Positions 12,800 to 26,520 are shown, counted from the stretch's first letter. The stretch is DNA of 64,000 nt from Lobosporangium transversale (GCF_002105155.1 NW_019028991.1:372001-436000), one strand, 5' to 3'. Notes: a model not told the origin generated them from the letters alone. Translations and numbers: made by a program.

Positions 12800-14808
12800 A
12801 CTGAAAGTAATATAGAACGTCATTCAACTAGACATGAGTAAACATATAAAAATATTGGATTGAGAATCTGAACACAAGCGTTATGCGCGGCACCTTTTTT
12901 TTTGAATGAAAGAGAAAGTCATCTAGAAGAGCTACTGTAGCGATGCAAATGTCATCGGACAATTAATTAAGCCCACTTTCAGTGGGCTCCACTGGGCTCC
13001 ATATCATTTCACTGAATCCACTGAGTTGGTTAGGGGGAAAAAGAAAATGTATGCCTTTTTTTATTCCCGCCTACAGCCCAGAGGTTGTGGCTATGGTAGA
13101 ATATCGACAGCATGCACGTGTGTTGTTTCTAACAATAATGTATAATAGCTCTGTGTATGCAATATGCATGAGGTATGAAGCATGAGGCATGTAGATATCA
13201 TAGTGTAGAAGTATGATATGAATTGATTACAGTTGATTGATTGTGAGCTGTAGCTCCTGAATAATGGGGTTAGATCCTGAGAGCACAATCAATTATTGCA
13301 ATAAACATGGTCTCAAAAAGGAAAGGCGTAAAACGCTTGATTGTATTCTTTCTCCACTAAGCCATCCCTGGAAACAATAGACTGATAAAAAGTGCCAGAG
13401 CCACACACACCAGAACACCAAGCACACCAGCATTTTTTTTTAGCCAGAGCTGCAAGTGAGTGATAGTTACTACTGTTTTGTTGGTTATGCTAACAGTGGG
13501 CATGTTACCGCTTGTGCAAAGCTGGTTGAATAAGAAATAAGAAACTTACGGTCAAAGCAGTAGAGGAGAGGCCAAAGAGAAGGAAGTAAGGAAAAATAAA
13601 ATGAAATGAAAGAAGACAGGTGGATGAGTTAGTGTATGAATAAGGGTGTAGGTGAGAGTGGGAGTGTGGATGAGGATGCGGGTGAAGGTGAAGTTGAGAA
13701 TGGAATGGAATGGAATGTAGACGTAAAAAGAGGTTGATGATGAGCTGAAGTGATTTTTTTTATGAGAGCAAAAGAAATATGGATGGGCTAGTTAAAGCAA
13801 AGAAGAGAGAGAGTGAGAGAGACAGAGAGATGGAGAGAAAGAGAACAAAAAGAAAGACGCAGATGGAGGAGAAAAACAATACCAGTAATGATAAGCAGTA
13901 ATAATCAAGTGAAGGGTCAATGTCTTTGGATGTAAAAGAAAAAAAAGGAGGAAGGGGAAAAGGGGGGAAATGCCCTCTTTATGTGACCATGGCGTGGCCA
14001 CGGGTTGTTAACGCATGGCGCCCTTCTATCTCTCTATCCAAAAAGTAAACGCATACACCATGACTATTGCCACGACTTTGGCCTGACCAGACTTGTTTTG
14101 ATCATTGAAAGTATAATATATTAAAAATCAATGTTCTCACTGAGAAGACAGGGGAAAATTGAAATGTGAGCGAGACGGTTATTTTTAACACATCCAATTA
14201 GGGCAAGGGAAGCAAAGTTTATTGGGTCACGGTCCCTGTCTTGGTTTTCAGGAACAAGGAATGACTAAGATTCAAAAAAAAAAAAATTATGTGTTGAAAC
14301 AGCCATGCTATTTATTCTTTCAAATCAAGCAATCATGGCCCTGGCGTATAATTCATTCCTTTCCAAACATTAGACTAGAGCCTCTCTTTCTTAAGCCAGA
14401 CTAAATAAAAAAAATAGTGTCTATCAATTAGAACAGTTAGAAATTATGTCAAAAAGCATTGTTTGTATTTTTATATAATTTTCCTTGAATAGGTATCATT
14501 ACACCGGTACACCGGAGCATCGCTATCCTGAGCAGCGATTGTCATGAAAGGTCAACAATCATCAACGCTTTTTCTCCCCCTGAGGACTCACTTATTTTTG
14601 CTCCCATCTCCTTTTGCTGAAAGGACCTATTGAGAAGGAAAGAAGGCGCGTGTGAATACCTTTTTCTTTAATTTTCTTTTCTTTTTCATGTGTCAAAGAA
14701 TCAATTACGATACAACAAGGTGATATCATGACCCGTATCCGTATGTGAAATGTTCCCTGGACTAGAGGACAGATCCAAGGGGTCACTTGACGTTGCTGAT
14801 CTTATGCG

Positions 14809-14839
<31 letters not shown>

Positions 14840-14943
14840 CGTTTTTTTTCTTTATGCGAGATTATTTAGGTACTTTGATAGACTAGACTAGCGGGAAAAA
14901 ACAATCTAAACGAAGATGACTTGAAAAAATTTTTTTTTTTTTT

Positions 14944-17012
14944 TTAGTCAGCAATGAGTGCCCTCGATTCCGCTGCTGCTGCTGCTGCCGCTGCCTCTTG
15001 TTGTCGCCTTCTGTCTACATATTCAACCCATTCAAAGTCCTCTTCATCCTTAGTTAACACTCTGAATCCAAATGTTCCGATCCTGATTAACCGTCCAAAG
15101 ATCCTAATCCTTGCAAACTCCCCCTCATCCTTCGGCAACAATCGATCATGAACATTAGTTCCCACAAACAACAGGAACACGAACCCAACACAGGCGACTC
15201 CCAAGATCCAATGCAGGTTTGCAGAGTATATATAGATATCCTTGGTCGTATATCGGCCTGAATTAAGCAATTGGTTATAGATTCCTGTAAACAACAATCC
15301 TCCCCCAACTCCTGCTAGTGACCATGCTGTGAGAATAATCCCATGCAAGGCTCCGATATTTGATGGACCAAACATATCACAAAGGAACGCTGGAATGCAT
15401 CCGAACCCACCGCCATAACAGGTTGTCAGGACCCAAATCATCAACAAGAATGCCCAGTAGAGCTGACGCTCCATGACTATTGGTAGTGTTGCTATAATCA
15501 CTACCTGCGAAAATAACATCACAAAGAATGAGCTTTTACGTCCCAGACGGTCCGAGACAGTCGAAAAGAAGAGACGTCCACCCAAATTAAAGCCACCATT
15601 GATGGCCACAATTGTTGCTGCAGTGGCCTCATCCTTTCCGAAAATATCCTTGACGATGTTAGCAAGACGAGAAAGAAAGACTAATCCGGCGATTGAGTTC
15701 CCAAAGAACATGATATAGATGATGCGGTACTCCTTTGAAAAGATGGCTGAACTCAAGACCATCTTCAATCCTGGATCCTTGAAATCCTGAGCAGCCTTCT
15801 CATCTGCATTAGTTTCTAGGTCATTTCTCTCAATGGTGGTAGCATCTTCTCTACTAACTTCGTTTTCATTCACTTCCTTTGCTCCCACTTTGTTTCTGTA
15901 CATATCCATTCCATTGACCTGGAACCCAGGTGGAGGTACTCGGAAGACAACAGTACAGAGTAACATCGCAGCGAAATAACAGCATCCCAAGATTACAAAT
16001 GTGAGTGGTAGGCCCACAGCCGAGATCAACGGTTGAGGTATTTTTGCCAAGATGATGGAGCCAGCTCCAAATCCACAGACTGCGAACCCTGCAGCCAATC
16101 CGCGGCGGTCCGGGAACCACTTTTGTAAAGCAGAGACAGGCGAGATGTAACAAAGTCCTAAGCCAGCTCCACCGAGGATTCCATAGCCAAAGTATAAGAG
16201 GTATACAATCTTGGTATACATTCCAATCGCAGCAATCATGTTTCCCATAAAGAAGATCGATGCTCCCGCAGTCGCAGCCAATTTGGGGCCATTCCGTTCT
16301 AGCCAAGGGCCATTGATCGCTGCAGATAGGCCGAAGCAACCTTTTTTTTTTTTTTTTATTTTATATATATATATTTTTCCATATTGTTGAGCACGATCAA
16401 TAATAATACTCAGCAATCGGTATGTATTATATTTGTCTTAGCCACTTTGAGGAAAAAAAAACACAAAAAGATAAAACCTACCGACAGCAATGTAGAATGT
16501 AATAGCTGCGTTGTGGGCAGCAGGCTCCTTCTTGCCACTAGCAGCGTTAAAGACTTGACCATAAATGTGGCTGTCAATAGGATCATTAAAGACAGACCCT
16601 AAAAGGTTATTTTTAATTTTTAGTTTGTGTTTTCACACGATGCGAGTGGTCTGTGCTCATCATTAAATTCCAATCTTTTCACTCACAAGCATACAGTGAT
16701 CCACAAATGGCTTGAAAGCTAAACGAAAATAAAATAAAATAGAAGTCGTCTAAGTCCTTTTGGCTGGATATATTTTATGGTCTTTTTTTCTTTTTTCCTT
16801 TCAGAGTTATATCCTTACATGAACGCTGTTGGGAACATGGCCCATCGATTGAAAGGAATCTTAAACGGGAGATACTTTTCATTCTCAAGAGTGCTTGGAG
16901 AACGATAGTACTCTGTATCACTGTAATGTCGGTAGATCGCTCGGAATAATGCATTTGAGTTCTTTCCTTCGCCTCTGTTGTTGTAGGCGTGATTAGGCTT
17001 TGGTGTGGCCAT
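14944..17012 (-). CDS. MFS transporter, oxalate:formate antiporter/monocarboxylate-like
   Basis: Large exon with KWFPDRRGLAAGFAVCGFGAG, GRLFFSTVSDRLGRK and YGGGFGCIPAFLCDMFG plus many TM segments. Upstream small exons start at MATPKPN (ATG 17012). Confidence 0.9.
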
Positions 17013-20000
17013 TATGAAGGCAAGTATTACGTTCGTAGGAAATATAGAGATAAATAAGAAGCGAGGAAAAGAAGAGGAAAAAAAGAAAAAAAAGAAAAAA
17101 GGAAAAAGGAAAAGAAAAAAAAAAAAAAAAAAAAAAAAGATAAATATCAGCAATTAATATATGATGCGCGGAATCCGATTAAAATAATGATGAAGTGAGA
17201 TGGCAGCAGTAAATTTTAAAAAGGGTAACTAAATTAGAACAAGAAAAAAAAACCCATCAATCTCAGGAGAACTAAAGGGGAAACAGGAGGGATAAAATGA
17301 CGGTTTGCCTTTTTGTTCAAGACAAATAAACGAGGATGAAATTGAATAGAGTACTGAGCATTTTTTTTATGTGTATTCTTTGGGTTGCAACACACCATTA
17401 ACAGGAGTGCAAAAAAAAGGAGAAATCCAAGGTCACCGTGCAGATCATATCAAAACGAACCAAGGGAAAGGAAATTTCTTTATATTTTGGCAAATAAATT
17501 TTCCGAATGAATGCTTATAAAATAGATGACTATGAAATGAGACCAATTGCAATCCGACATTATCAAAGTATTATAGCATCAAAAGTATAAGATCGTTCTA
17601 TCTTACTGGCCCGGATGAAAATAACAAAAGGACAAAGACCAAAAGACCAAGAGTCGAAGATCAAGGGAAGGTCAAAAAAAATATTTCCAGGGCTAGGGAC
17701 CAGGATTGAGGAGTGTAAAATAGCTATGAAATAACTGACAGGTAAAAAATCACGGTGATGCAGTTGGAATCCAAATCTCAAATTCTATCCCTTTAACCTG
17801 ATGTTATATGAGATCTGTGCAAATTTATTTTTATTCAATTATAAAAAGTCTGCTTTTACAATCTTTTGAAGCTTAAATCTTAATTGCATATCACGAGTAA
17901 ACCGCACTTGTTTCTCAATATATTGCTTTATGCCAGAGATCAGAGACCAATCTCCTCTGCTCTAGCAAGGATAGAAGGGGAAGTACACAATTTGCTTAGT
18001 TGAAGTTTTTTGACCCATTTTTGGTCGCAATTTAGGAAGAGACAAGCAAAAGCGGTCATAACTCTGGGCCAAAATGTTACTTTTTCACTTCTCCTTTGCC
18101 TAGACATCCCTGTGGCTGTATCCTTCGATAGGAATCATGAGCAGGAAAAAGGTCTGGAGCAGCTTTGTAAGAGGCCTTTGGAAGCATTGTGAAAAAGGGA
18201 AGGCTCCTCAATAATAGCTCATAAGATAGGTTGAAAGAACATGCATACTGCCTCTCTACTTTGATTTTTAATCCCTTTCTCCACAGGCGGCTGCCTCCAC
18301 TTCAAACAATTCCATCAATTTCACTGGGAAGTATATTTATGCACTGCTCCTTGAAGTCAGGGAAGGATGTCTTTAATAGCATACGTCCTCAACCTTCTCA
18401 AGGATGAACTATATATCCTTTCGCTCTATTATGGTACGGCACATCTTGCAAACGGACAGCGTCGCTTTCTACCGACTCCATGCAACCACAGCCCCCGGAA
18501 GGTATGCTGTTAGCTAGTACAGTACTGTGTGCAAGTGACTTCAGTACTCTTGACTACAGGAACTGCCAGTCCATGGCCTTAAAGTATAGCCTATAGGGCT
18601 TTATCTCATTTTATGACGGATATTCCCTTGAGGATGAACACACCGACCCTCTTCTCTTTAGATACCAGATGCGAGCCAGTCGATGCCTTGGGAGGCATAA
18701 CTAGGAGACGGGTAACAACGCTCTTGAGCCCATTCTCAGGCCAATCCAAGCTCAACAGCTGTAGCACTGTGTTGTGTAACTCTATTTCCTTCACAGGACG
18801 AATGAAGAATACGTTCCTTCAAACTCTGATCAGAGACCGCTATCAATGGACTGGCAAGAACAATGATGTTTGTTCAGGAGGACTGTCACGAGTTTAAGAA
18901 TATTAAAGCGTTCATCAAGAGTATCCTCGAGCGTTATACGCTCCGCATCATAGACATCACAAGGCATTCAGGGAATCCTTCCTCAAAAGTCCTTATATTA
19001 GCTTTGTATGACAAAGACGTCAGAAGCACAGGAAAATATTCCTTGTAGCGAACTACAGCCTTGCTATACATAATGGGTACCACGAAATGGATGGTTCTCA
19101 GCGGAGGAAAGTTGTGTCCTTTAGTGAAGGCGGAGGTCTGTATTTGTCCATGCAAATGGGAACATGTGGTTGCCTGGAGCAGCGACATGGAAGGCTTTAA
19201 TAAACATCCGTGTGCCTTTTAATAAGTCAAAGTCTTGTTTCCCTGCTGCCTTTGCTGAAGCTGTACAAGAGCATTCTACAAGATGACAAACATCACAAAA
19301 AGTCAACATCGCAAAAGAATGCGAGCAACCGTATCCAAATATTAAAAGAAAATATAAAAAAAAATACAATATCAAACTATATTGAGTATATGTGAGAAGG
19401 GTTGTGCTTGTGTAGAGTTGGTAATAAGTGATGCAGTTTGGTTGCGAGGTGTGCGATGGCCGAATAGAATGAGGAGATATGCGGCTTGTCCTTGAGGAGG
19501 TTGAGGGTGCTAATGAAGTTTGAAGCAAGATGTCCTCTCCCGACTTCAAGGAGTGATATATATATAAATATACTCCCTTAGGAAATACAAACTAGAAATG
19601 ATGGCAGAATCCTTTGAAGCAGAAACAGCAATCTCTCGGGGAAGGCTATAGAAGATTCAGCTTGAGGTAAAATGTCTCTGGAAACAGTTGGTGAGACGCG
19701 TCGCAAACCAAGGCTTCCCCCATCCTCACTAATTACGTTGTTATCTCTCCATGCCTTTTATTGTTTGCATATCTTTCTTTTTGTCTTTGTCATCACAGAA
19801 AACACAATGTCCTTTTAGTGTGGAAATAAATTACAAAGTCCAATCATTTGTTTATCGGAATGGACAGTTCGGTTGAACGGCATACCAAAGGAGAGGTGTT
19901 GTCTCAATGTTGATACAGATATATTCCATAAACACAAAGCGCGTTGCACAAACATTTGCACTGACAACAGTTTTTGGATAGAAGAGCAAACGTTCGCTTT

Positions 20001-20363
20001 GGGGGGTTTATTTGTGTTCAACTCATTCCGTAGCTCCATTCTCGGGCTCTGGGACATTCAGTCCATCCGATTTGTGGAGCATGACAAAGTTGGCCAGGGA
20101 TAGGGGAAAGAACAGGGCCAGAACCAGGGCCAGGGCCAGGGACAGAGACACGAACAGGAACCGAGCGAACTAGAGTGCAAAAACCTTAAATGCAATGCTC
20201 TTTTCTTTGTTTTTCGCGCTCCACATTCATGTATCCCAACCGATCTCTGACACAAACTATCGATCACTAGGATTCTCCACGATCTAAGCATTTCTTATAT
20301 AAAAGGATTAAAAAAAGCGTTTATAAATCCTCTTCTCACTGTCTTTTGCTCTTTTTTCCTCTC

Positions 20364-20398
<35 letters not shown>

Positions 20399-20479
20399 CC
20401 TACTCAGCATTATATCCATTACCCCTTCTATATCATAAGAATTATCTGCATTTCACAGGTTTATTTATTATTTTCCACC

Positions 20480-20818
20480 ATGAAGTTCCTCTCTTGGGCT
20501 GTTTCTGCTTTAATGGCGCTTGCCACATCTGCCTCCTTGGCCTCCGCTCAAAGCAGCGATCCCGTAGCTTGTGCATCGTGTCTCCAGAAGGCTCTGCAGG
20601 CCCTTCCAGCCTGTGCAGGTGTTCAAATCCAACCTGGCTCAGTCTCGCCAGCCTATGCTTCTTGCCTGTGCTCCTCCTTGAGTGGGGCTTGGATCGATTC
20701 TTGTAAAGGCGCCTCTCAGTGTGGTTCTTCTGTCACTTACTTCAAGAGCGCGTATGGCTCCATCATCAAGGCTGCAGGCTTGAGCTGCACTGGAACACCA
20801 ACGTTCAGCCCTGTGTAA
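20480..20818 (+). CDS. Small secreted Cys-rich protein (112 aa)
   Basis: MKFLSWAVSALMALATSASLASA signal peptide, 8 Cys including CASC and CLC, CCACCATG start context, no intron. Confidence 0.85.
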   Translation: MKFLSWAVSALMALATSASLASAQSSDPVACASCLQKALQALPACAGVQIQPGSVSPAYASCLCSSLSGAWIDSCKGASQCGSSVTYFKSAYGSIIKAAGLSCTGTPTFSPV

Positions 20819-21766
20819 AGAAAGAACACATACCTAAAACGATTTAGGAGTGGCATTCTTAAGCTTCTCCTTTGTACAATCCAAATACCCTTCCCTTATG
20901 CTTAAAGAAAAGAAGAGAAAAGAAAAGTAATAAAGGAAAAGAAAAGAAAAGCAAGACTGTTCGTGTAGATCACGAAATGAAATGTCTTCACCATGCTGAT
21001 ATTATGACTCCTTTCATAAGTGATTTGGATGCACTTGTTTGTCTTTGTTTCACAAGAATGTGAACGCAATCTTTGTTTTTCTATTACTTCTCATCCTACA
21101 AAGTGACAAGAATGTAGTGAATGTGGAAGGCAAAGGTGAAAGAAAAGGTTAATTCACACAACGACAACAGCAACAATAAAAAAACAAAAAACAGGTTGTT
21201 TGTTACCATTTCCCTATATAACACCCTATAAAGTATCTGTAGGTACAGATATACTTTTTTTTTTTTTTTTTTTTTTTTGCTAGAAACGTAGCTCGAGTTC
21301 AATATGCGGATGTATATAAACTCATGTTCGTCAGATAGACATGATCGATTACAGATTTGATTACTGATGCCCTCATTCTCAAAATAACCCAAAACCTTGC
21401 TTGGCAACTTGATGCAATTTATTTATTAATAAAAATGAGAAACAGCCTTATTCCTCATACGCCACGGCTTTTTTTTGGTTTTCTTTTTTTTTCATTGCAT
21501 TTCCTTGCCAATAGAAATCACCAAATATATATTTATATATAATAATATGAAGCAAGTTGCTCACAAAATAAACTATTGGAATAGGCAACGGGGCAGTAAC
21601 CACTTTTGTATATATTAATCTATTTTATTTAATCTATCCTGTTGATACGCAATATATTTTCGATAAATGCTAAATTGTTTCTTTTCTTTGATAATTAGAA
21701 TTAGGAACATGAATGATGTACCAAGTCTATTAACAAAGGGAGCTGGGGAATGTGAGACTGGGTATT

Positions 21767-21971
21767 TTAGATCCCACCCTTGCCGAGAGGAAGGCAGTTG
21801 GGGGTGACCTTGTACTCCTTAGGGTGCTCACGCTGTTCCCAGCCAAGCATGATGGCTTGGAATCTAGACATGCGCAAAAAAGAATATTCGAATAAAACTC
21901 TATTAGCCCACTTGTCTTAAAGATCTGCATGCAGATCCCCATCAATTGGTAATTTTTTAAGAAACTAAAAA

Positions 21972-22003
<32 letters not shown>

Positions 22004-22782
22004 GGCGGAGCCTGGCTGGCTGGCAATTGGTATGATCGATGACGAATAAAAAAAAAAACAGAAACTACTTACGGCTTAACCCAATCCTTGCAGTTCTTAG
22101 GACAGAACTTGGCAGTGTCATCGATCATCGCCGACTTGATGGCTGCGTTCTGGTTCTTGTAAACATCCTGAATAGTCTTCATGACAGCTTTATTGACACT
22201 ATCAAAGACTCCCTGCTTATGGCCCCAAGGAGCATAGCAGGCAATGCTCTTGGCACTTCCACAGAGCTCGCTGGGCGGTCGCTTGCCTACACCTGCGGGG
22301 ACGCATGTTCCACGGAACACCGAAAAAATGGTCTTGTCAATGACCTTGCCACGTCCTTTCAATTGAGACATCACTGTAGGAATCAATGCTTTGGCTTTCG
22401 CAGAAGCCTTAGAGTCCTTGACTTTCTTGACCTGATTTTGCAGCATATCCTCGTATTTCTTGGCCAAAAACTCGACAGGATCAGTACGACATGCTGATTC
22501 TATTTGGTGTATTTAAAAAATAAAAAATAATAAAGAATAAAAATAAAAGATAAATTAATAAATTAATAAAGAGTGATAGTACGAAATGAGATGATGAACT
22601 TTCTACTATGCTAATATGCTAATATTAAATGAATGATGCTAATAGTAGTGGATGCAATGGGTGCCATAATGCCATAAGGTAGGTTCCTTGAAAGGAGTTT
22701 GTGACATACCGCATGCTTGCACGTAGGATATGCCAATGAAAGTAAGCACAATGGCCAACAGAAGGGTGGATAAGCGCGCCAT
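21767..22782 (-). CDS. Secreted basic Cys-containing protein (3 exons)
   Basis: Exon 1 MARLSTLLLAIVLTFIGISYVQAC (signal peptide); exon 2 ESACRTDPVEFLAKKYE...FCPKNCKDWVKP; exon 3 FQAIMLGWEQREHPKEYKVTPNCLPLGKGGI*. GT-AG junctions stay in frame. Confidence 0.8.
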
Positions 22783-23030
22783 TTGTAGGGAAGTTTTATA
22801 ACTGATTAATAGGAAAGCGAAGAAGAGGAGTAAGAGGCGAATACAGTGATGGGTAGAGAAGATTTGAGTAAAGAAGAGCAATAAAAAATAAAAAATAAAA
22901 CAGCTCTTCTTTTAAAAGTTTTTTTTTTTTTTTTTTTTGTAACTCCTAATAGATTATTACTGTACGCGTCTTATAACAGGTAGTAATAAATAAACATTCA
23001 CGAATTGGCATGATCAAATTCAATTAGATC

Positions 23031-25580
23031 ATGACATCTCTCTCCCGAAAGCGTACGCTGCAAGATCTAATTATTCAACGTCGAGTCAACAATAAGGATA
23101 ATTTCCCTTCATTGTTCAATCTTGCAGTCCAAGCATGCATCTCCAATCTTCAATTCTTTGCCACATTTGAAGGACTCCCCTTTCTCCCTTTTGGCAAAGC
23201 CCTCTTCCTAGAATTTGCTCATCAATCTAATCAATGGTGTCTTACGACTGAACAACGTCAGGCTGGCATCCTATTGTTTGCAGAGGCTTATGCCTGTAAA
23301 GATCTCCAGGGATCTGAGCTAGAACCGAACCTGGAGCAAGGGGAGGGGTATGAATACAGTAGTACTCAACTTTTAGGTCCTGAATATACAGGCCTAAAGT
23401 GTCAGCTTGCCCAAGATGTTCCTTACTTGAGTGTATTTGCGCATTGCCTTGTTTACTTGGACCTATCCAAAGGCAGCTATGGCAACAGTAATGGAGGTGT
23501 GGGCCAACAACAGCAATCTGATCATACTGGGATGATGACTGAATTTGCAGACAAGGATATGGCTGGACTATCTTCTCTTTCTAGTCTTCGGATCCTTAAT
23601 CTGGCCAATCTTAAGAATATTGGCGATATAGGCTTAAGTCACTTGATAAGAAGTGTCACCTTTGGCTCCTCTGGTCCTGCTGGATTAGAGTACCTGAATC
23701 TCACAGGCACAAACATCACTGATGCTGGACTCACCAAACTATTTGTTCAAGCATATATTACAAACACAAACACAAGCCTCAAACACCAGCGGCATCAATT
23801 GGTTTTCAAACGACTTTTGGGGATAGATCTGAGCAACACAGGAGTCTCGCGTTCGGTAGCTGAAAATCTCTTCATTGGCAACAGCATACATTATAATCAT
23901 CATCAACACCATCAACCACATCCGCAAATTTCATCGGGGTGGAGAGCTTTAGATCATCGCACATGTCTGTTCCCCTCAGACGTCACAAATAGAAGCGACC
24001 TTAAATTTATGGAGTTAGAGTGGAACAGAAACCCCATTGAAAAATGGTATGAGTGGTTCAATCGGTCTTACAGACTAGAGTTTGCACAGCGACCGGATCT
24101 ATCCGCTCATGGAAAAGATGGTCTTGGTTTAGCAGAATGTCTTGCCCTCCTGAAACTGAGTCAGATACACTTACATCCCGTTACTGAACAACCATCACCG
24201 TTTGTTTTTCCACATTCATACTATGATCAGCACCATCACCACAACAGTAGCAACATCAGTGGCAGTAACAAGCATGGCTATTCAATCAACAATACAAAGT
24301 ACATGAAGTCAGGGTCGGGACGAGAACAACAACAGCGACGGCAACAATACGCTATAGATGCGGATTTAGTGAGAGCCTTAACATCACCGTCGTTTTCCAT
24401 GGTCGACAAATCATCAACACAGCCCATCAACTTGAACGATATGTACAATTTAATAATGTACAAGAAAGTTCTCGATATTGTCCGCGAAACAGCTGGCATT
24501 GACAGATCGAGATCTAGAAAGATAATGACCACACCTTTTAAGAAACGCCTGGCATTCATAAGGACCAGGAAGGATGCGGAAGAGCTATTGCTCTTTACAA
24601 CCAAAGCTGCTATAGATAAATTGACTACAACCATCCAGGTGTCAGGGGGACCATGGCCGAGCATGTATGATAAGACCAATAGTAATAATAGCTTGGTAGA
24701 CATGACAAAGAGAGCAAAAATTCGAAATCGACATCATCGAACGTCTTTGGCACCACCGAGCATACCCAAGTCATCCCCATTCTTTCCTCTTTCCACATCA
24801 CACTTCATCCCTGTTAATCCGTCTTCACCCAAGTCTCCATATTTACATAGACTGAATCCTCATCCATCATGCTCAGAAACAGAGCTTCAAGAGGTATCAA
24901 ATCTCCCCTTAAAGAGACTCAAGTTGCCATCATCGTCATCACCATCGCCATCGCCAGCGCCATCATCTTTATTCATCGAGCAGGAGCCAAGGGCATTATC
25001 ACAGCAGCACTTGTCAGTCAACAATTTACCAGGACGACGTCGAGGAGGAACTGGAGGAACGAACCATCATTTACCCTTTGTAAAACCCGAAGAGAAACAA
25101 AGAGTAAATGACTTTTATTTTAAAGAGACATCCACTAAGGAAGAGACCAAGCCGCCACAGCCAATAGTAGCAACAGTAGCAGCAACAACGACAGATAATG
25201 CTTTCAAAGGTCATCACAAACCTCCATCTTCAATGATCATGGAAAAATGGATCGCTCGTGGAAAAGTAAAAAGTCAATTTACTTCGTCAACATCTACTGC
25301 TGCCAACTCTATCACTGCGACTGCTATTGCAGCTACGAAGTCTGATATTGAGACTAATATTATTAAGACGAGTAACGGCAATGTTATACGTGAGTTTCAT
25401 TTCAATGATCAGAAGCAGAGCTGTGTCAATTTGACGCGCTGGATTCATTCATTTAAAGAACCTTTTGATAAGGTAGAGATGGATACTCGTAAAATCATTC
25501 GATTTGATTCAAGGAGAAGGTTCTCTGCAAATGATGATGATGATGTGAGCAATAATCAAGGGAATATCAATACTGATTGA
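23031..25580 (+). CDS. Leucine-rich-repeat (RNI-like) protein with long low-complexity C-terminus, 849 aa, intronless
   Basis: Long ORF with LRR units LVYLDLS, LRILNLANLKNIGDIGL, LEYLNLTGTNITDAGL, LLGIDLSNTGVS. Confidence 0.8.
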   Translation: MTSLSRKRTLQDLIIQRRVNNKDNFPSLFNLAVQACISNLQFFATFEGLPFLPFGKALFLEFAHQSNQWCLTTEQRQAGILLFAEAYACKDLQGSELEPNLEQGEGYEYSSTQLLGPEYTGLKCQLAQDVPYLSVFAHCLVYLDLSKGSYGNSNGGVGQQQQSDHTGMMTEFADKDMAGLSSLSSLRILNLANLKNIGDIGLSHLIRSVTFGSSGPAGLEYLNLTGTNITDAGLTKLFVQAYITNTNTSLKHQRHQLVFKRLLGIDLSNTGVSRSVAENLFIGNSIHYNHHQHHQPHPQISSGWRALDHRTCLFPSDVTNRSDLKFMELEWNRNPIEKWYEWFNRSYRLEFAQRPDLSAHGKDGLGLAECLALLKLSQIHLHPVTEQPSPFVFPHSYYDQHHHHNSSNISGSNKHGYSINNTKYMKSGSGREQQQRRQQYAIDADLVRALTSPSFSMVDKSSTQPINLNDMYNLIMYKKVLDIVRETAGIDRSRSRKIMTTPFKKRLAFIRTRKDAEELLLFTTKAAIDKLTTTIQVSGGPWPSMYDKTNSNNSLVDMTKRAKIRNRHHRTSLAPPSIPKSSPFFPLSTSHFIPVNPSSPKSPYLHRLNPHPSCSETELQEVSNLPLKRLKLPSSSSPSPSPAPSSLFIEQEPRALSQQHLSVNNLPGRRRGGTGGTNHHLPFVKPEEKQRVNDFYFKETSTKEETKPPQPIVATVAATTTDNAFKGHHKPPSSMIMEKWIARGKVKSQFTSSTSTAANSITATAIAATKSDIETNIIKTSNGNVIREFHFNDQKQSCVNLTRWIHSFKEPFDKVEMDTRKIIRFDSRRRFSANDDDDVSNNQGNINTD

Positions 25581-25719
25581 ATTACAACAACGCAAAAAAT
25601 CTAAAATCTAACTTCGTCGCATGGGCCAAATTAAATAAATTGAGAATAACTTCCAAAAATGATGAAAGTACATGTTCGTCTTCCCTCTCTTCCTCCATGC
25701 AGTGGAAAAAAAAAAAGAG

Positions 25720-26520
25720 AACGTTGTCGATAGAGAGCCAGGTCCCTCTATAATGAAATACACCAAAGTTGGGGAATGGAGGATGTTAATCATGGCGAGT
25801 CAGAAGGTGTACTGATAGTGCGCCTGTGGATAGAGATAAAGCGGAGAGAGCTGGCTATAACAAAAGGAACCAGAGGTCATTAGACTATAATGGGAGCCAT
25901 TACTACCTGTATATTACAAGAACTGGGTGGTCGTCTGGGTTGCGACTCTAGTCAAAAGTGGAAAGGAAGTGTAGGAGACGTATATGAGGTATCCGTAAAA
26001 AGATTGGCTTCAAGAGTTCTACGAGTTCCGATGGCACCAAAAAAAAAATGGGACTTACGAAAGGCTCAATGAGCTACATTTGACAACGCCGTGCAGCGAG
26101 GGTTAAAGATGCTCGGGGGGAAAAGTGTGCTTGTCGTTGGCCTGGGGTCCCCTTGAAAGTAATAAAGGTGTTCCTAGCAAGCACACTGTCATAACGAGAC
26201 ACTTTGCCACATAGGTAAAGCCTCGTTTTTTTTTTTTTTTATTTTTTTTTACAAAGAATTCTGGAAAACCATAGAGTCCTTGTTGATAAACGACACCGCC
26301 ATTTGAAACAAGTAGCATGAGGACATTTCGCCGTGGGAGCGTACGAATTTTACACCAGCGTTTGTTGCCCCCGACTTCTCTGCCATGACCTTCTGGAGAC
26401 GGTGTACCTATACTCTAAATATTGCCGTGCATGTAAAGTATTCCTCGACCGGGGCGTAGTTGGAATGGAAAACGCAAGAATCGGTCTTGCTCAGACTGAG
26501 AGCCCGCGAAGCACAAGCCA
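25720..26520 (+). pseudogene. Fanzor (TnpB-like RuvC nuclease) relic A
   Basis: Colinear decayed motifs: VVDREPG (possible RuvC-I remnant, ~25723), KKKWDLRKAQ*ATFDNAVQRGLKMLGG (~26040-26120), then GHFAVGAYEFYTSVCCPRLLC...YCRACKVFLDRGVVGMENARIGL (26320-26490), i.e. RuvC-II E-x-x-TS, CxxC..CxxC zinc finger and a mutated RD-xx-A-x-N RuvC-III motif. Confidence 0.7.

Noticed and set aside
20092..20165. CAGGG(C/A) hexamer run resembling the Crypton QG/QE repeat
   Set aside because: Low-complexity repeat with no flanking similarity to the Crypton.
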